In this document: one piece after another, positions 20,482-30,590 of the stretch
Numbering within the stretch: position 1 is the first letter of the stretch
Layout of the letters: every line of letters begins with the position of its first letter
Assembly (NCBI GenBank): GCA_039794085.1
Contig: JBDIWC010000001.1
Coordinates: 64,001 to 128,000, forward strand
Direction: 5' to 3'
DNA length: 64,000 bases
Source of the DNA: Gemmatimonadales bacterium
GTDB taxonomy: Bacteria; Gemmatimonadota; Gemmatimonadetes; Gemmatimonadales; GWC2-71-9
Position numbers and translations under genes: made by a program
The notes under the pieces: generated by a model
Seen by the model: the letters and a program-made list of their open reading frames with translations, nothing else
Told to the model about the DNA's origin: nothing
Database searches by the model: none

Positions 20482-20489
20482 CCTCCCCT

Positions 20490-21410
20490 GTGGTGGCCCG
20501 GCCGCCCCGGTCCTGGGTGGTCCTGGCCCTCGTGGTGCTCTATGTGGTGCTGGCACCGTCGATTTTCCTGCTGGGGCCGCTCCTCCTGTTGCTCCTCGTC
20601 TCCGGCCCCCGGGCGCTCCGCGAATGGGTCTGGATCTCCGCGTCGGCCCTCGGGCTGTCGGTCTGGGCCCAGACCGGAAGCGACGACCTTCCGGTCCGGA
20701 TGCTGCAGGCGGCTGGCGTGCTCTTCAGTGGTGCGATGGGAGCCTCGGCCCTGGCATGGCCCTCCACGGTGTCTCCGCTCGCCCGTCTCGGCGCCGCCGT
20801 AACCTTCATGGCGGGGGGAGTCGCGGTCTGGGCCGCCGTTCTGGGTATCGGCGTGGCCGATGTCACCGGGGCCATCGCGGCGCAGACGGTCGCGATGGCA
20901 ACCCTCCTCCTGCAGGGGAATCCGTCCCCGTCCCCCGAGATTCGCGGTCTGCTGGAGTCGGTGATCCAGACGGCCCCTGCCTCCGCCCGGCTGGCGCCAG
21001 GGGTCCTGGTGCTCGCGGCGCTCGCCGGGGGAGGGCTGGCCTGGACCTGGTACCATCGCGTGGCGGTGACTCCGCGAGGCCGTCCCCCGCGGGCCTATGC
21101 CGAGTTCCGGTTCGATGATCGGCTGGTGTGGGGGGCCATCATCACCCTGGCCGTTGTCCTCGCCCCTGTTCCGGACCGGTGGAACTGGCTGGGAGGGAAC
21201 CTGTTGCTGGTCTGGATCGGGCTCTACGTCTTTCGGGGAGGCGCCGTTCTCTGGTCCCTGGTCCGGCGGGCCCCGGTGTTTGTTCGTCTGGCCCTCTTGC
21301 TCGGGGGCATACTCCTGCTACCATTCGCTTCTGGCGGTCTGCTCGCTTTGGGACTTGCCGACACCTGGGTCGACCTGCGGCAGCGCTTTGCCCGGGCTTC
21401 GACTCCCTGA
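20490..21410 (+). CDS. DUF2232 (YybS-like) membrane protein
   Basis: Multi-TM, C-terminal LGLADTWVDLR, position between rpsR and rplI. Confidence 0.8.
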   Translation: MVARPPRSWVVLALVVLYVVLAPSIFLLGPLLLLLLVSGPRALREWVWISASALGLSVWAQTGSDDLPVRMLQAAGVLFSGAMGASALAWPSTVSPLARLGAAVTFMAGGVAVWAAVLGIGVADVTGAIAAQTVAMATLLLQGNPSPSPEIRGLLESVIQTAPASARLAPGVLVLAALAGGGLAWTWYHRVAVTPRGRPPRAYAEFRFDDRLVWGAIITLAVVLAPVPDRWNWLGGNLLLVWIGLYVFRGGAVLWSLVRRAPVFVRLALLLGGILLLPFASGGLLALGLADTWVDLRQRFARASTP

Positions 21411-21424
21411 CTCTCGAGGATACG

Positions 21425-21886
21425 ATGATCGACCTCATTCTCCGTGAAGATGTTCCCTCCCTGGGCCCGACCGGCGCCCTCGTGCGAGTCCGCCCGGGGT
21501 ACGCCCGCAACTACCTCCTGCCCAAGGGCCTGGCCTTTGAGGCGACCGAAGGAAACAAGAAGCGCATCGCAGCCGAGTCTCGGGTCCGGGAATCCCGGCG
21601 CGCCGCGGAAATCGCGGAGGCCACGGCCTTGGCTGCCACCTTGGGGGGGATCGTCCTCACCCTCCGCGCCAAGGCGGGCGAGGGGGACCGGCTCTTCGGA
21701 TCGGTCACGGCCCAGGACATCGCCGATGCCGCCCTGGCCTTGGGTCACCCGATCGACCGGCGCAAGCTGCTCCTCGACTCCCCGCTCAAGGAGTTGGGCA
21801 CCCACCTCGTCCCGATCCGACTCCACCAGGAGGTCACAGCCGAGTTGCGCGTGACGGTTGTCGCGGAGGACTCAGGCTCGGCGTGA
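21425..21886 (+). CDS. rplI: 50S ribosomal protein L9
   Basis: VRPGYARNYLLPKGLA, LFGSVT. Confidence 0.96.
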   Translation: MIDLILREDVPSLGPTGALVRVRPGYARNYLLPKGLAFEATEGNKKRIAAESRVRESRRAAEIAEATALAATLGGIVLTLRAKAGEGDRLFGSVTAQDIADAALALGHPIDRRKLLLDSPLKELGTHLVPIRLHQEVTAELRVTVVAEDSGSA

Positions 21887-22012
21887 CGGGACGTTTCCCG
21901 TGCGCTTTCTCCCCCACGGCGGCTCCCTCGGGAAGCCGCCGTGTGCACATCCCACCCCGCCCGATCGTCCTCTCCTGATATGGGTGCGCACCCACGCCCG
22001 ACGGGTGGCTCC

Positions 22013-22378
22013 GTGACCGTCCGCCGGCTGACAGCCACGCTTCCGGAAGGTCTGCGGCGAGCCGTCCACGCCGCGAGTGGCCGGAAGGCCGCGGACATTC
22101 TCCTCCTGGATGTCCGGGGTCTCAACGATGTAACCGACTATTTTCTCCTGGCCTCCGGAACGTCCGACGCACACGTCCGGGGGGTGGGTGGGGCGGTTCT
22201 CGACGACCTGCTGGAGGCGGGGTTTCGGGCCCATCATGTGGAAGGCATGACCACCGGGCGCTGGGTGTTGTTGGATTACGTGGACTTCGTCGTGCATGTT
22301 TTTCACCCGGAGGCCCGGGCGTTCTACGGATTGGAGCGATTGTGGGGGGATGCCCCCGCCCTCGCGATCGACGATTAG
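22013..22378 (+). CDS. rsfS: Ribosome silencing factor
   Basis: KAADI, DYFLLASG, WVLLDYVDFVVHVF, FYGLERLWGDA; start uncertain (21980 or 22013). Confidence 0.93.
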   Translation: MTVRRLTATLPEGLRRAVHAASGRKAADILLLDVRGLNDVTDYFLLASGTSDAHVRGVGGAVLDDLLEAGFRAHHVEGMTTGRWVLLDYVDFVVHVFHPEARAFYGLERLWGDAPALAIDD

Positions 22379-22397
22379 CGTGGAAAGGAAGACCTCA

Positions 22398-25300
22398 ATG
22401 CGGTACATCAGCGGGATCCTGCTGGCCCTGACGGTGGGCCTTCCGGTGGCGGCCGAAGGACAGTTTGCGGGGTACTTCGGGCGCAACAGTGTGCGCTACA
22501 ACAAGGCCGACTTCAAGATCCTGCAAACCGAACACTTCGACCTCCATTATTACGAACGGGAGGCGGAGGCGGCGCTGGACGTGGCCCGGATGGCCGAGCG
22601 GTCCTATGCGAGGCTGTCCCGGCTCCTGAGCCACAACTTCACTGAGCGGAAGCCGATCATCCTCTACGCCTCGCACTCGGAGTTCCAGGAGACCAACGTT
22701 CTCGGGGGGGGGATCGACGAGGGCACGGGAGGGTTCACCGACTTTCTCCGGCACCGGAACGTGTTCCCGCTCACGGGCTCCTATGCGGAGGTGGAGCACG
22801 TCCTCCAGCACGAGATGGTCCACCAGTTCCAGTTCGACATCTGGTCGCGCGGAGCCACCACGAACGGTGTGCAGGGGATCATCAGCGTCAACGCTCCCCT
22901 CTGGTTCGGCGAGGGCATGGCCGAGTACTTCTCCCTCGGGCCGGTGAACAGCAACACCGCCATGTGGCTCCGGGACGCCGCTTTCGAGGGGAAACTCCCG
23001 ACCGCCAAGGAGTTCTACCAGTTCTTTCCCTACCGGTTCGGTCATGCCCTCCTCTCCTACATCGGGGATCGGTGGGGAGATGATGCCATCGGGGCCATCA
23101 CCAAGACCGCCAGCGCGGGCAACGTCGAGAGCGCGATTCGGCGCGTGCTCGGCGTGAGCTTTCCCCAACTCGTCGACCAGTGGCGTGATGCGGTGCAGAA
23201 GCAGTACCTCCCCGAGGTGGCGAGCCGGGTCAAGGCCCGGACCATGTCCACTCCGCTGCTCACCGAGCAGATCGCCAAGGGCACCCTGCATCTGGCCCCG
23301 GCTCTCTCCCCCGACGGCTCCCTGGTGGCGTACTTCAGCGAACGGAACTCCTTCTTTGTCGACCTCTACCTGGCCGATGGCAATACGGGCGAAGTCCTGC
23401 ATCGCCTGCTCAAGTCCACCTACAGCAGCAACTACGAGACCTATCGCTTCATCACCTCCAGCGTCTCCTTCTCCCCCGACGGCCAGCACATTGCGTTCGC
23501 CGCCAAGCGCGGCGGCCGGGACGAGATCCTGATCGTCGACGCCCGCCGGAACAAGACCATCCGCCGCATCAAGGTGGACCTGAACGGAGTCACGACTCCC
23601 ACCTGGAGTCCCGATGGGACCCGGCTCGTGTTCAGCGGACTCGATGGCGGTCTGTCCGACCTCTACACGATCAACGTCGACGGGTCCGACCTCACCCGCC
23701 TGACCAACGACAAGTACGCGGACCTCCATCCGGTCTGGTCGCCCGATGGGAAGACCATCGCCTTCACCACCGACCGTGGCCCCGATACCGACTTCCGGAT
23801 TCTCGCCATTGGCGAGATGCGCATCGGGCTCTACCGGGTGGCCGATGGCGAGATCGAGCTGCCGGAGGCCCTCGGAGTGGCGAAGAACGTCTCTCCCCAA
23901 TGGGCCCCGGATGGACAGTCACTCGCCTTCGTCTCGGACCGGAATGGCATCAACAACATCTACCTGTACGAGTTGGCGGACGGACAGGCCTATCAGCTGA
24001 CCGACTTCTACACCGGAGTCCAGGGCATCACCCCCCTGAGCCCGGCCCTGAGTTGGGCGTCCGAATCGGATCGGCTCGCCTTCGTCTACTTCGAACAGGG
24101 CAAGTACGATGTCTATACCTTGAGCAGCCCCCGGCTTCTCAAACGGGAACCCTGGTCGCCGTCCATGGTGGCCCCGACGGTGGCCGCCACTCCGGCGTTG
24201 GACGCCGCCGCTCCTCCGACCCCTCAACGCCCCTCCCAGGTGCTCGGGGGAGGCGCGGTATACCGCGGGGTGAGCGGGTTCCGCCCCCCCGACTCCCTCG
24301 GCGTTCTCGGGGATTCCCTCGAGGGGCAGCCCCCCGTGACCATCGCCGCCCTCATGGATTCGGCGGACTTTGCCCTGCCCGACACCAGCGACTTCACCTT
24401 CAAGAAATACAAGACCACCCTCAGCCCCGAGTTCTTCTCGCGTCCGCAGGTCGGTTTCGTCCGGGACAACTTCGGCAGCGGGGTCACCGGCGAGGCCGTC
24501 ATCGTCCTGGGGGACATGCTGGGCGACCACCAGATGATCATCGGCGCCTCCCTCAACGGTCGCGTCGCCGAGACGCAGGCTCTTTTCGCCTACATGAACC
24601 GCAAGAACCGGCTCAACTGGGGCTTGGGTTTCAGTCAGCAGCCGTTTTTCTTCTTCGACAACAACCAAATCCTGGACGGGCCCCGGCAAGGCGAGGCCAC
24701 CTTCGTCACCAATTTCCGGCGCCTCGTCCAGCGCTCCGTGTTCGGTCAGACGATCTACCCCTTCAACCGATTCCAGCGGTTCGAGCTCGGCCTGGCCGCC
24801 AACAACATCGACGACGACACCCAGAGCATCCTGGAACCCTTCGATCCCAACACCGGATTCCGGACCGGGCCCGCCCGGCTGGTGACCAGCAGCAACTCCA
24901 ACATCAACTACCTCGAACCGTCGGCCGCCCTGGTCTACGACAACTCCCTCTTCGGGTGGGTCGGCCCCCTGCGCGGCCAGCGGTACCGGCTCGAGGTGTC
25001 GCAGGCGATCGGTGACTGGCGCTTCACCCAGGCCACCGTGGACTACCGCAGGTACGACCATCTCTTCGGCCCCTTCACCTTCGCCACCCGGGCGCTCTAC
25101 TTCGGTCGCCTCGGCCGCGACGCCGAACAGTTCCAGATCTTCGGCGGCAACACCGAACTCATCCGCGGCCACACGTCCGGAAGCTACCGGGAGAACGAAT
25201 GCCTCAGCGGGGCCGACCCCAACTCCGCCAGCGGATGCGCCGCATTCGACCAGCTGATCGGAAGCCAGATTGGACTCGCCTCCGCCGAGCTGCGATTCCC

Positions 25301-25571
25301 CCTCTTCGGATTTCTCCCGGTCGGATTCCCGGTGTTCGAAGGGGCCTTTTTCTACGACGTGGGATTGGTGTGGAACGAGGGGAGCACACTCAAGCTGAGC
25401 CGGGACCCGGGAGACACCTTCCAGAACGTGCGCACGCCGCTTCAAACCTTCGGCGCCTCGGTGCGAGCCAACGTGTTCGGATTCCTGCTGATGCGAATCG
25501 ACTATTCCGTTCCCCGGAACCGTCCCGCCGTTGGCGGGCTCTGGGCCCTGAGTCTCGGTCCCACCTTCTGA
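22398..25571 (+). CDS. Outer-membrane protein: gluzincin (peptidase MA-like) + PD40/TolB propeller + Omp85-like beta-barrel
   Basis: Signal peptide; HEMVH...EGMAEY; repeated WSPDG; IRG and ELRFP barrel motifs; terminal Phe. Confidence 0.8.
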   Translation: MRYISGILLALTVGLPVAAEGQFAGYFGRNSVRYNKADFKILQTEHFDLHYYEREAEAALDVARMAERSYARLSRLLSHNFTERKPIILYASHSEFQETNVLGGGIDEGTGGFTDFLRHRNVFPLTGSYAEVEHVLQHEMVHQFQFDIWSRGATTNGVQGIISVNAPLWFGEGMAEYFSLGPVNSNTAMWLRDAAFEGKLPTAKEFYQFFPYRFGHALLSYIGDRWGDDAIGAITKTASAGNVESAIRRVLGVSFPQLVDQWRDAVQKQYLPEVASRVKARTMSTPLLTEQIAKGTLHLAPALSPDGSLVAYFSERNSFFVDLYLADGNTGEVLHRLLKSTYSSNYETYRFITSSVSFSPDGQHIAFAAKRGGRDEILIVDARRNKTIRRIKVDLNGVTTPTWSPDGTRLVFSGLDGGLSDLYTINVDGSDLTRLTNDKYADLHPVWSPDGKTIAFTTDRGPDTDFRILAIGEMRIGLYRVADGEIELPEALGVAKNVSPQWAPDGQSLAFVSDRNGINNIYLYELADGQAYQLTDFYTGVQGITPLSPALSWASESDRLAFVYFEQGKYDVYTLSSPRLLKREPWSPSMVAPTVAATPALDAAAPPTPQRPSQVLGGGAVYRGVSGFRPPDSLGVLGDSLEGQPPVTIAALMDSADFALPDTSDFTFKKYKTTLSPEFFSRPQVGFVRDNFGSGVTGEAVIVLGDMLGDHQMIIGASLNGRVAETQALFAYMNRKNRLNWGLGFSQQPFFFFDNNQILDGPRQGEATFVTNFRRLVQRSVFGQTIYPFNRFQRFELGLAANNIDDDTQSILEPFDPNTGFRTGPARLVTSSNSNINYLEPSAALVYDNSLFGWVGPLRGQRYRLEVSQAIGDWRFTQATVDYRRYDHLFGPFTFATRALYFGRLGRDAEQFQIFGGNTELIRGHTSGSYRENECLSGADPNSASGCAAFDQLIGSQIGLASAELRFPLFGFLPVGFPVFEGAFFYDVGLVWNEGSTLKLSRDPGDTFQNVRTPLQTFGASVRANVFGFLLMRIDYSVPRNRPAVGGLWALSLGPTF

Positions 25572-25573
25572 CG

Positions 25574-26986
25574 GTGACCCCCGGGCGGATTCTCCCCACT
25601 CTCGGTCTGCTCGGCCTCCTGCTCGCCGCCTGTGGCGAGCCGGAGGCGGAGCCCCCCCCTCCTCTCCCGGCCCTTGCCACCCCGGTCTCTCTCCTTCGAC
25701 TCCCTCAGGAGGGTGGGTACGCCACCGTCTGGTCTCCGGACAGCCTGCGGGCGTTGGAGTGGCGCAGCGACGCCCCGATCCCTCCCATCGAGGCCATCCT
25801 GGGAGCCGACCTGGATGACCAGATTGTGTACCTCCACGAGGGAGACGGGGACGTTGCCGGACTCGATCTCGAATCGGGTACCGTCAGACCCCTTCTACCC
25901 CAGGCACGCGTTCCCACGGCCGGGCCAGACGGTGCGCTCTTCGCCGTGGTCGAGGGACGCATCGTCCGGCTGGCTCAGCGCAGGGTACATCCCTATCGCT
26001 CGGAGGTAACCGGACAGATTGATCGGCTCTTCGGAACCCTGAACGGACAGGTGACGGTCTTCACCACCGCCGATTCGGTTCGCATGGCCTTGGTCGGCCC
26101 CGATCGGGCCGGGGTCCCTCGCGCAGTCCCCGCCGGCAGTGTGGTGGGGGCGTCCCCCTGGGGAGATCAGGTGGCGGTGGTGGCAGGTGACGAGATCACG
26201 CTCCACGACGCGACTGAGCGGGGTTCCTCCCACCGTATCGCCGTGCCCTCGGGGACCGAAGCCCTCCGGTACAGCGCCTCGGGACACCGGATCTACCTGG
26301 TGGGCCGCAGACCGACCATCGACATCCTGGATCGGTTCACCCGGAAACGGCTGCCCCCCATCACCATTCCGGGACCGGCCCGGGATCTCCGATCCGATTT
26401 TTCGGGGCGCTGGCTTCTCGTGCGCCCTGCCGGACTCGACTCGGTTTGGGTCGTGGATGCGGCGAGTGGTCGGCATGTCACGACCGTCGCGACGGTGTGG
26501 GACGCCGATCTCCCTCTGGTGACCGGCGGGTCCACACTCCTGATCCGGAGCGCCGAGGGAAGCGTGGCGAGCCTGGACATCGGGGTCGCCCCTCCCCGGG
26601 AAACGGGGCGGATCGCGGATGCCGGGGCGGATCTCTGGATGGCGATTCGGTGGCTCCCCCGGGCGTTGCGGGGATCGGCAATCGCCGCCGCGGAGACCGC
26701 GCTGGTGGCCCAGGACAGCAGTCTCGTCCTGCCCCCTGCCGAAACGGTGGAGGTGTCGGCGGACGCCCGGATTTTTCTGCAGATCAGCAGTTCCCGCAAC
26801 CCCGAATGGGCCCGGGCTCTCGCCCGCCAGGTCACGTCGCTGGGCTTCCCCGCCACTGTCGCCGTCCCGAAGAGCCGGGACGACGGGTACCGGGTGATCG
26901 TGGGTCCCTACCCCTCCCGGGACGCTGCGGAGGAGGCCGGCCGGCGACTCGGACGCCCCTACTTCGTCCTCACCCGGGACCCGTGA
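25574..26986 (+). CDS. SPOR-domain lipoprotein with beta-propeller-like N-terminus
   Basis: Lipobox LLAAC; C-terminal LQISS...YRVIVGPYPSR. Confidence 0.75.
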   Translation: MTPGRILPTLGLLGLLLAACGEPEAEPPPPLPALATPVSLLRLPQEGGYATVWSPDSLRALEWRSDAPIPPIEAILGADLDDQIVYLHEGDGDVAGLDLESGTVRPLLPQARVPTAGPDGALFAVVEGRIVRLAQRRVHPYRSEVTGQIDRLFGTLNGQVTVFTTADSVRMALVGPDRAGVPRAVPAGSVVGASPWGDQVAVVAGDEITLHDATERGSSHRIAVPSGTEALRYSASGHRIYLVGRRPTIDILDRFTRKRLPPITIPGPARDLRSDFSGRWLLVRPAGLDSVWVVDAASGRHVTTVATVWDADLPLVTGGSTLLIRSAEGSVASLDIGVAPPRETGRIADAGADLWMAIRWLPRALRGSAIAAAETALVAQDSSLVLPPAETVEVSADARIFLQISSSRNPEWARALARQVTSLGFPATVAVPKSRDDGYRVIVGPYPSRDAAEEAGRRLGRPYFVLTRDP

Positions 26987-27094
26987 CCGCACCACCCTCC
27001 CGGGGCACCCCATTTCCCGCTCCGCCCGACTATCTTTGCCCAGTTTCGCGCCCCGGACCGGGGCTCCGGCCAGAGTGACCAGGACACCGATCAG

Positions 27095-30000
27095 ATGAAG
27101 CTGACCAAGCTGGAACTTTCCGGCTTCAAATCGTTTGCCGATACCGTCACCCTCACCTTCGAGGGGGGAGTGACGGCGATCGTCGGCCCCAACGGGTGTG
27201 GCAAATCGAATGTCTCCGACGCGGTGCGTTGGGTCCTCGGGGAGCAATCGGCCCGACTCCTCCGGGGCGGGAAGATGGAGGACGTGATCTTTCAGGGCGC
27301 GGCCAACCGGCGCCCCGTCAACGTGACCCAGGTTTCTCTGTATCTCGACAACAGCGAGGGGGAACTTCCGGTCGCGTGGCAGGAGGTCGTCATCACGCGC
27401 CGCTTGAGCCGGTCCGGCCAGAGCGACTACCTGATCAACAACACTCCCGTCCGCCTCCGGGATGTGCAGGACCTCCTCCGCGGCACCGGGCTCGGCAGTG
27501 ACGCCGGGGTTGTCATCGAAGCCAAGATGATCGACCTGCTCCTGTCGGACCGTGCGGAGGAGAGGCGCTCCCTCTTCGAGGAAGCGGCCGGCATCGGGCT
27601 CTACCGCAATCGGAAGCAGGCCACCGAACGCCGGCTGGAGGAAACCTCGGTCGATCTGCAGCGCCTGGAGGACCTCATCGCCGAGGTGCAATCGCAGATC
27701 CGCAGCCTGGCCCGCCAGAAGGGCAAGACCGAGCGCCACGCCGCCCTGATGCAGGAGAAGTTCACGGTTCATGTGACCCTGGCGCGCCGACTGCTCGACG
27801 AGCTCACGGAACAGGCCGCCCATCTGGAACAGCGCCACGAGGAACTGCGGGTGGAACTGCCCTCCGTGCGAACGCGACTCGCCGAACGGCAGCAGGAACA
27901 CGAGAGGCTCGCCGCGGAACGGACCCGGGCCGAGGAACACCGCGCCGCCCTGGCCGACGAGGTGGCCCGCACGCGGCTCTTTTTGGAAAAACTGGAGGGC
28001 GACCTCGCCGTGGCCGCCGAACGCCTTGCCAACGCCACCACCCGGAGACTCCGGGCGGAGGAGGAACGACAGCAGGGTGAGGAGCGTCTGCAGGAAGCCC
28101 TGCGGGAAAAGGAGGTCACCGCCGCGGAGCTCACCGAGGCCGGCGCCGAGCACGCCCGGATCGCGGAGGAACTCACCATACGCGCCAGCGCCGAGGAGGC
28201 CGTGCGCTCCCGGCTTGCCGAGCAGCGCAGCACGGTTCGTGCGCTCGAGCAGGAGTTGCACGCCCTGGTGCAGCTCGTCCGGAGTCTGGAAGGTGAGCGC
28301 ACCGCGCTGGAAGGCGAGCTGGGGGCCTTGCGGGACCGGTTGGCCCAGGTGGAATCCCATCGCGCGGCGCTTCTCACCGAACACGAGCGCACCACCGTCC
28401 GGGCGGAGGACGCCATCGCAGAGGCGTCCCGGCTGGCGGCCGTGACGCACGCCGCGCTGGAGGACGCCGAACGGTGCCGGCATCAGTTGGCGGAGATCCG
28501 GGAGCGGGAGGTTCACGAGCGATCGGCCCGGCGCCGGTCCGAGGAGAGCGTGGCCCAGTTGTCGGCCCGGCGACAGGCACTGGAGGAACTGGAGCGGGAT
28601 CGCGTGGGGATTGCCCCCGCTACCGCGGCATTGCTGGCGGACCGGAACCGCTTTGGCGATGCCGTCCTCGGTCCCCTCAGTGACTATGTCTCCGCCGACC
28701 GACGCCATGCGGAACTCGCCGAACGCCTCCTCGGCGAATCGATGCACGCCGTTCTGGTCCGGGATCTGGACGCCATCGAGTCCATCCGGTCCTGGCACGA
28801 ATCGGCGCAGCCCGGCCCGCTCGTCCTGCTCCCCCTGACTCCGGGTCCCCGGTCCGAGGGCACGCTTCCTGCGATCGACTCGCGCCTCCAGGTTCAGGAT
28901 CCGGCTCGGCCGTGGGTTGCGGCTCTCCTGGACGGTGCCGAGGTCCTGGACGATCGGGGGCGTGTCCTGCGTCGTGGCATCGGCGCCGTCCACCTTCTGG
29001 GTTCCGGCAGTCCGACCGGTCCCTTGCAGCGCCGCGCCGAACTCCAGACCCTCGGCGAGGAGCTCCGTCGCGCCGAGGAAGCGCTCCAGACGGCAGTGAG
29101 CCAGCTCACCGGGACCACGGAGGCCCTGACCCGCGCCGAGGAGGACGTGGCGTCCTCGACCCAGCAAGTGGAGCAGGCCCGGGAGGTCGAGAGGCGCGGC
29201 ACGGCCAGTCGCGACGACCTTCACCGGGTTCTCGGGCATCTCACGCGGGAACTCGCGGACGCCGAGACGCAACGGGAGCGCCTGATCGAGCGAATCGCCC
29301 ACGCGGAAGCTCGTCTCGCCGTCGTGGACCAGGAACTCGGCGAACGCGAGCTGGCCGACGTGAACCTGCGCGAGGCTCTGTCCGGGGCCCAGGCAATCCT
29401 CGCCACCTGCGAGGCCGATCAGGAAACGGCCCGGGAGCATCGGGCCCAGTGGCAGGTGCAGGAGGCACACGTGGGCGCCCGCCTCCGGACCAACCAGGAG
29501 CGACTGGCCCGAGTGGAGGGTGCGATCAGTGCGTCTCGCGCCAGCATCGAGAGCCTGGACCGGGAAACCACCGAGCTGGAGGCGATCAGCGCCGAGATCG
29601 AGGTGCAGCAGGCCCGCAACCAGGAGAGCCGGGTGGAGCAGCGCACCATCCTCGTCACCCGGGAAACCGCCCTGGCACAGGCCGAATCCGATCTCACCCG
29701 GGTCAGTGATGCGCTCACCGACGCCGAGCGCCAGGTGGGCGACCTGCGGGCCACCGCCGATCTCCTGAGTGAAGAACATCACCGCCTCGAGATCGAGTTG
29801 ACCGAAGTGGCGGGAACCCGGCGCCGCATTCTGGAGCGCGTGGAAACCGAGTGGAAGTCCCCCCTGGCCGCCTTGGAATCCGGCATGGTCCTGCTCGACC
29901 TGGACCGGGAAACTCTGGAGACGGAAGCCGAGCGTATCGCAACGTCTCTGGAGAGCATCGGTCCCGTCAACCCGCTGGCTCTGGAGGAACACGCGGAGGA

Positions 30001-30577
30001 AGTGAACCGTCTCACCTTTCTCACGACGCAGCGGGACGATCTGGTGGCGGCACGACAGTCGTTGTTGCAGGCCATCCGCGAGATCGACGGCACCGCTCGT
30101 ACCATGTTCCTCGACACCTTCACGGCCATCCAGGCCAACTTTCGCCACGTGTTTCAGACGCTGTTCGGCGGCGGGGAGTGTGACCTGCGACTGGCCGACG
30201 AAGGGGATCCCCTGGACAGCGAGATCGAGATCCACGCCGCCCCCCGGGGGAAGCGCACCCAGCGCATCCACCTGCTCTCCTCGGGGGAGCGCACCCTCGT
30301 GGCGGTCTCGTTGCTGTTCAGCATCTACCTGACCAAACCGAGTCCCTTTTGCCTCATGGACGAAGTGGACGCCCCCCTCGACGATGCCAACGTGGGTCGG
30401 TTCACCACGCTGCTCGACGAGTTCAAGCACAGCACCCAGTTCCTGGTCATCACCCACAACCCGCGCACCATGCAGTCGGCGGATGCGGTGTATGGTGTGA
30501 CGATGCAGGAACCGGGGGTGTCGACCATCGTCGGCGTCCGGCTGGGGGAACATGTCACTCCCGCGGGGGCGGCGTGA
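27095..30577 (+). CDS. smc: Chromosome segregation protein SMC
   Basis: GFKSFAD, GPNGCGKSN, FEEAAGI, coiled coils, GPVN, LSSGE, MDEVDAPLD. Confidence 0.96.
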   Translation: MKLTKLELSGFKSFADTVTLTFEGGVTAIVGPNGCGKSNVSDAVRWVLGEQSARLLRGGKMEDVIFQGAANRRPVNVTQVSLYLDNSEGELPVAWQEVVITRRLSRSGQSDYLINNTPVRLRDVQDLLRGTGLGSDAGVVIEAKMIDLLLSDRAEERRSLFEEAAGIGLYRNRKQATERRLEETSVDLQRLEDLIAEVQSQIRSLARQKGKTERHAALMQEKFTVHVTLARRLLDELTEQAAHLEQRHEELRVELPSVRTRLAERQQEHERLAAERTRAEEHRAALADEVARTRLFLEKLEGDLAVAAERLANATTRRLRAEEERQQGEERLQEALREKEVTAAELTEAGAEHARIAEELTIRASAEEAVRSRLAEQRSTVRALEQELHALVQLVRSLEGERTALEGELGALRDRLAQVESHRAALLTEHERTTVRAEDAIAEASRLAAVTHAALEDAERCRHQLAEIREREVHERSARRRSEESVAQLSARRQALEELERDRVGIAPATAALLADRNRFGDAVLGPLSDYVSADRRHAELAERLLGESMHAVLVRDLDAIESIRSWHESAQPGPLVLLPLTPGPRSEGTLPAIDSRLQVQDPARPWVAALLDGAEVLDDRGRVLRRGIGAVHLLGSGSPTGPLQRRAELQTLGEELRRAEEALQTAVSQLTGTTEALTRAEEDVASSTQQVEQAREVERRGTASRDDLHRVLGHLTRELADAETQRERLIERIAHAEARLAVVDQELGERELADVNLREALSGAQAILATCEADQETAREHRAQWQVQEAHVGARLRTNQERLARVEGAISASRASIESLDRETTELEAISAEIEVQQARNQESRVEQRTILVTRETALAQAESDLTRVSDALTDAERQVGDLRATADLLSEEHHRLEIELTEVAGTRRRILERVETEWKSPLAALESGMVLLDLDRETLETEAERIATSLESIGPVNPLALEEHAEEVNRLTFLTTQRDDLVAARQSLLQAIREIDGTARTMFLDTFTAIQANFRHVFQTLFGGGECDLRLADEGDPLDSEIEIHAAPRGKRTQRIHLLSSGERTLVAVSLLFSIYLTKPSPFCLMDEVDAPLDDANVGRFTTLLDEFKHSTQFLVITHNPRTMQSADAVYGVTMQEPGVSTIVGVRLGEHVTPAGAA

Positions 30578-30590
30578 CACGGCGGCCCCC

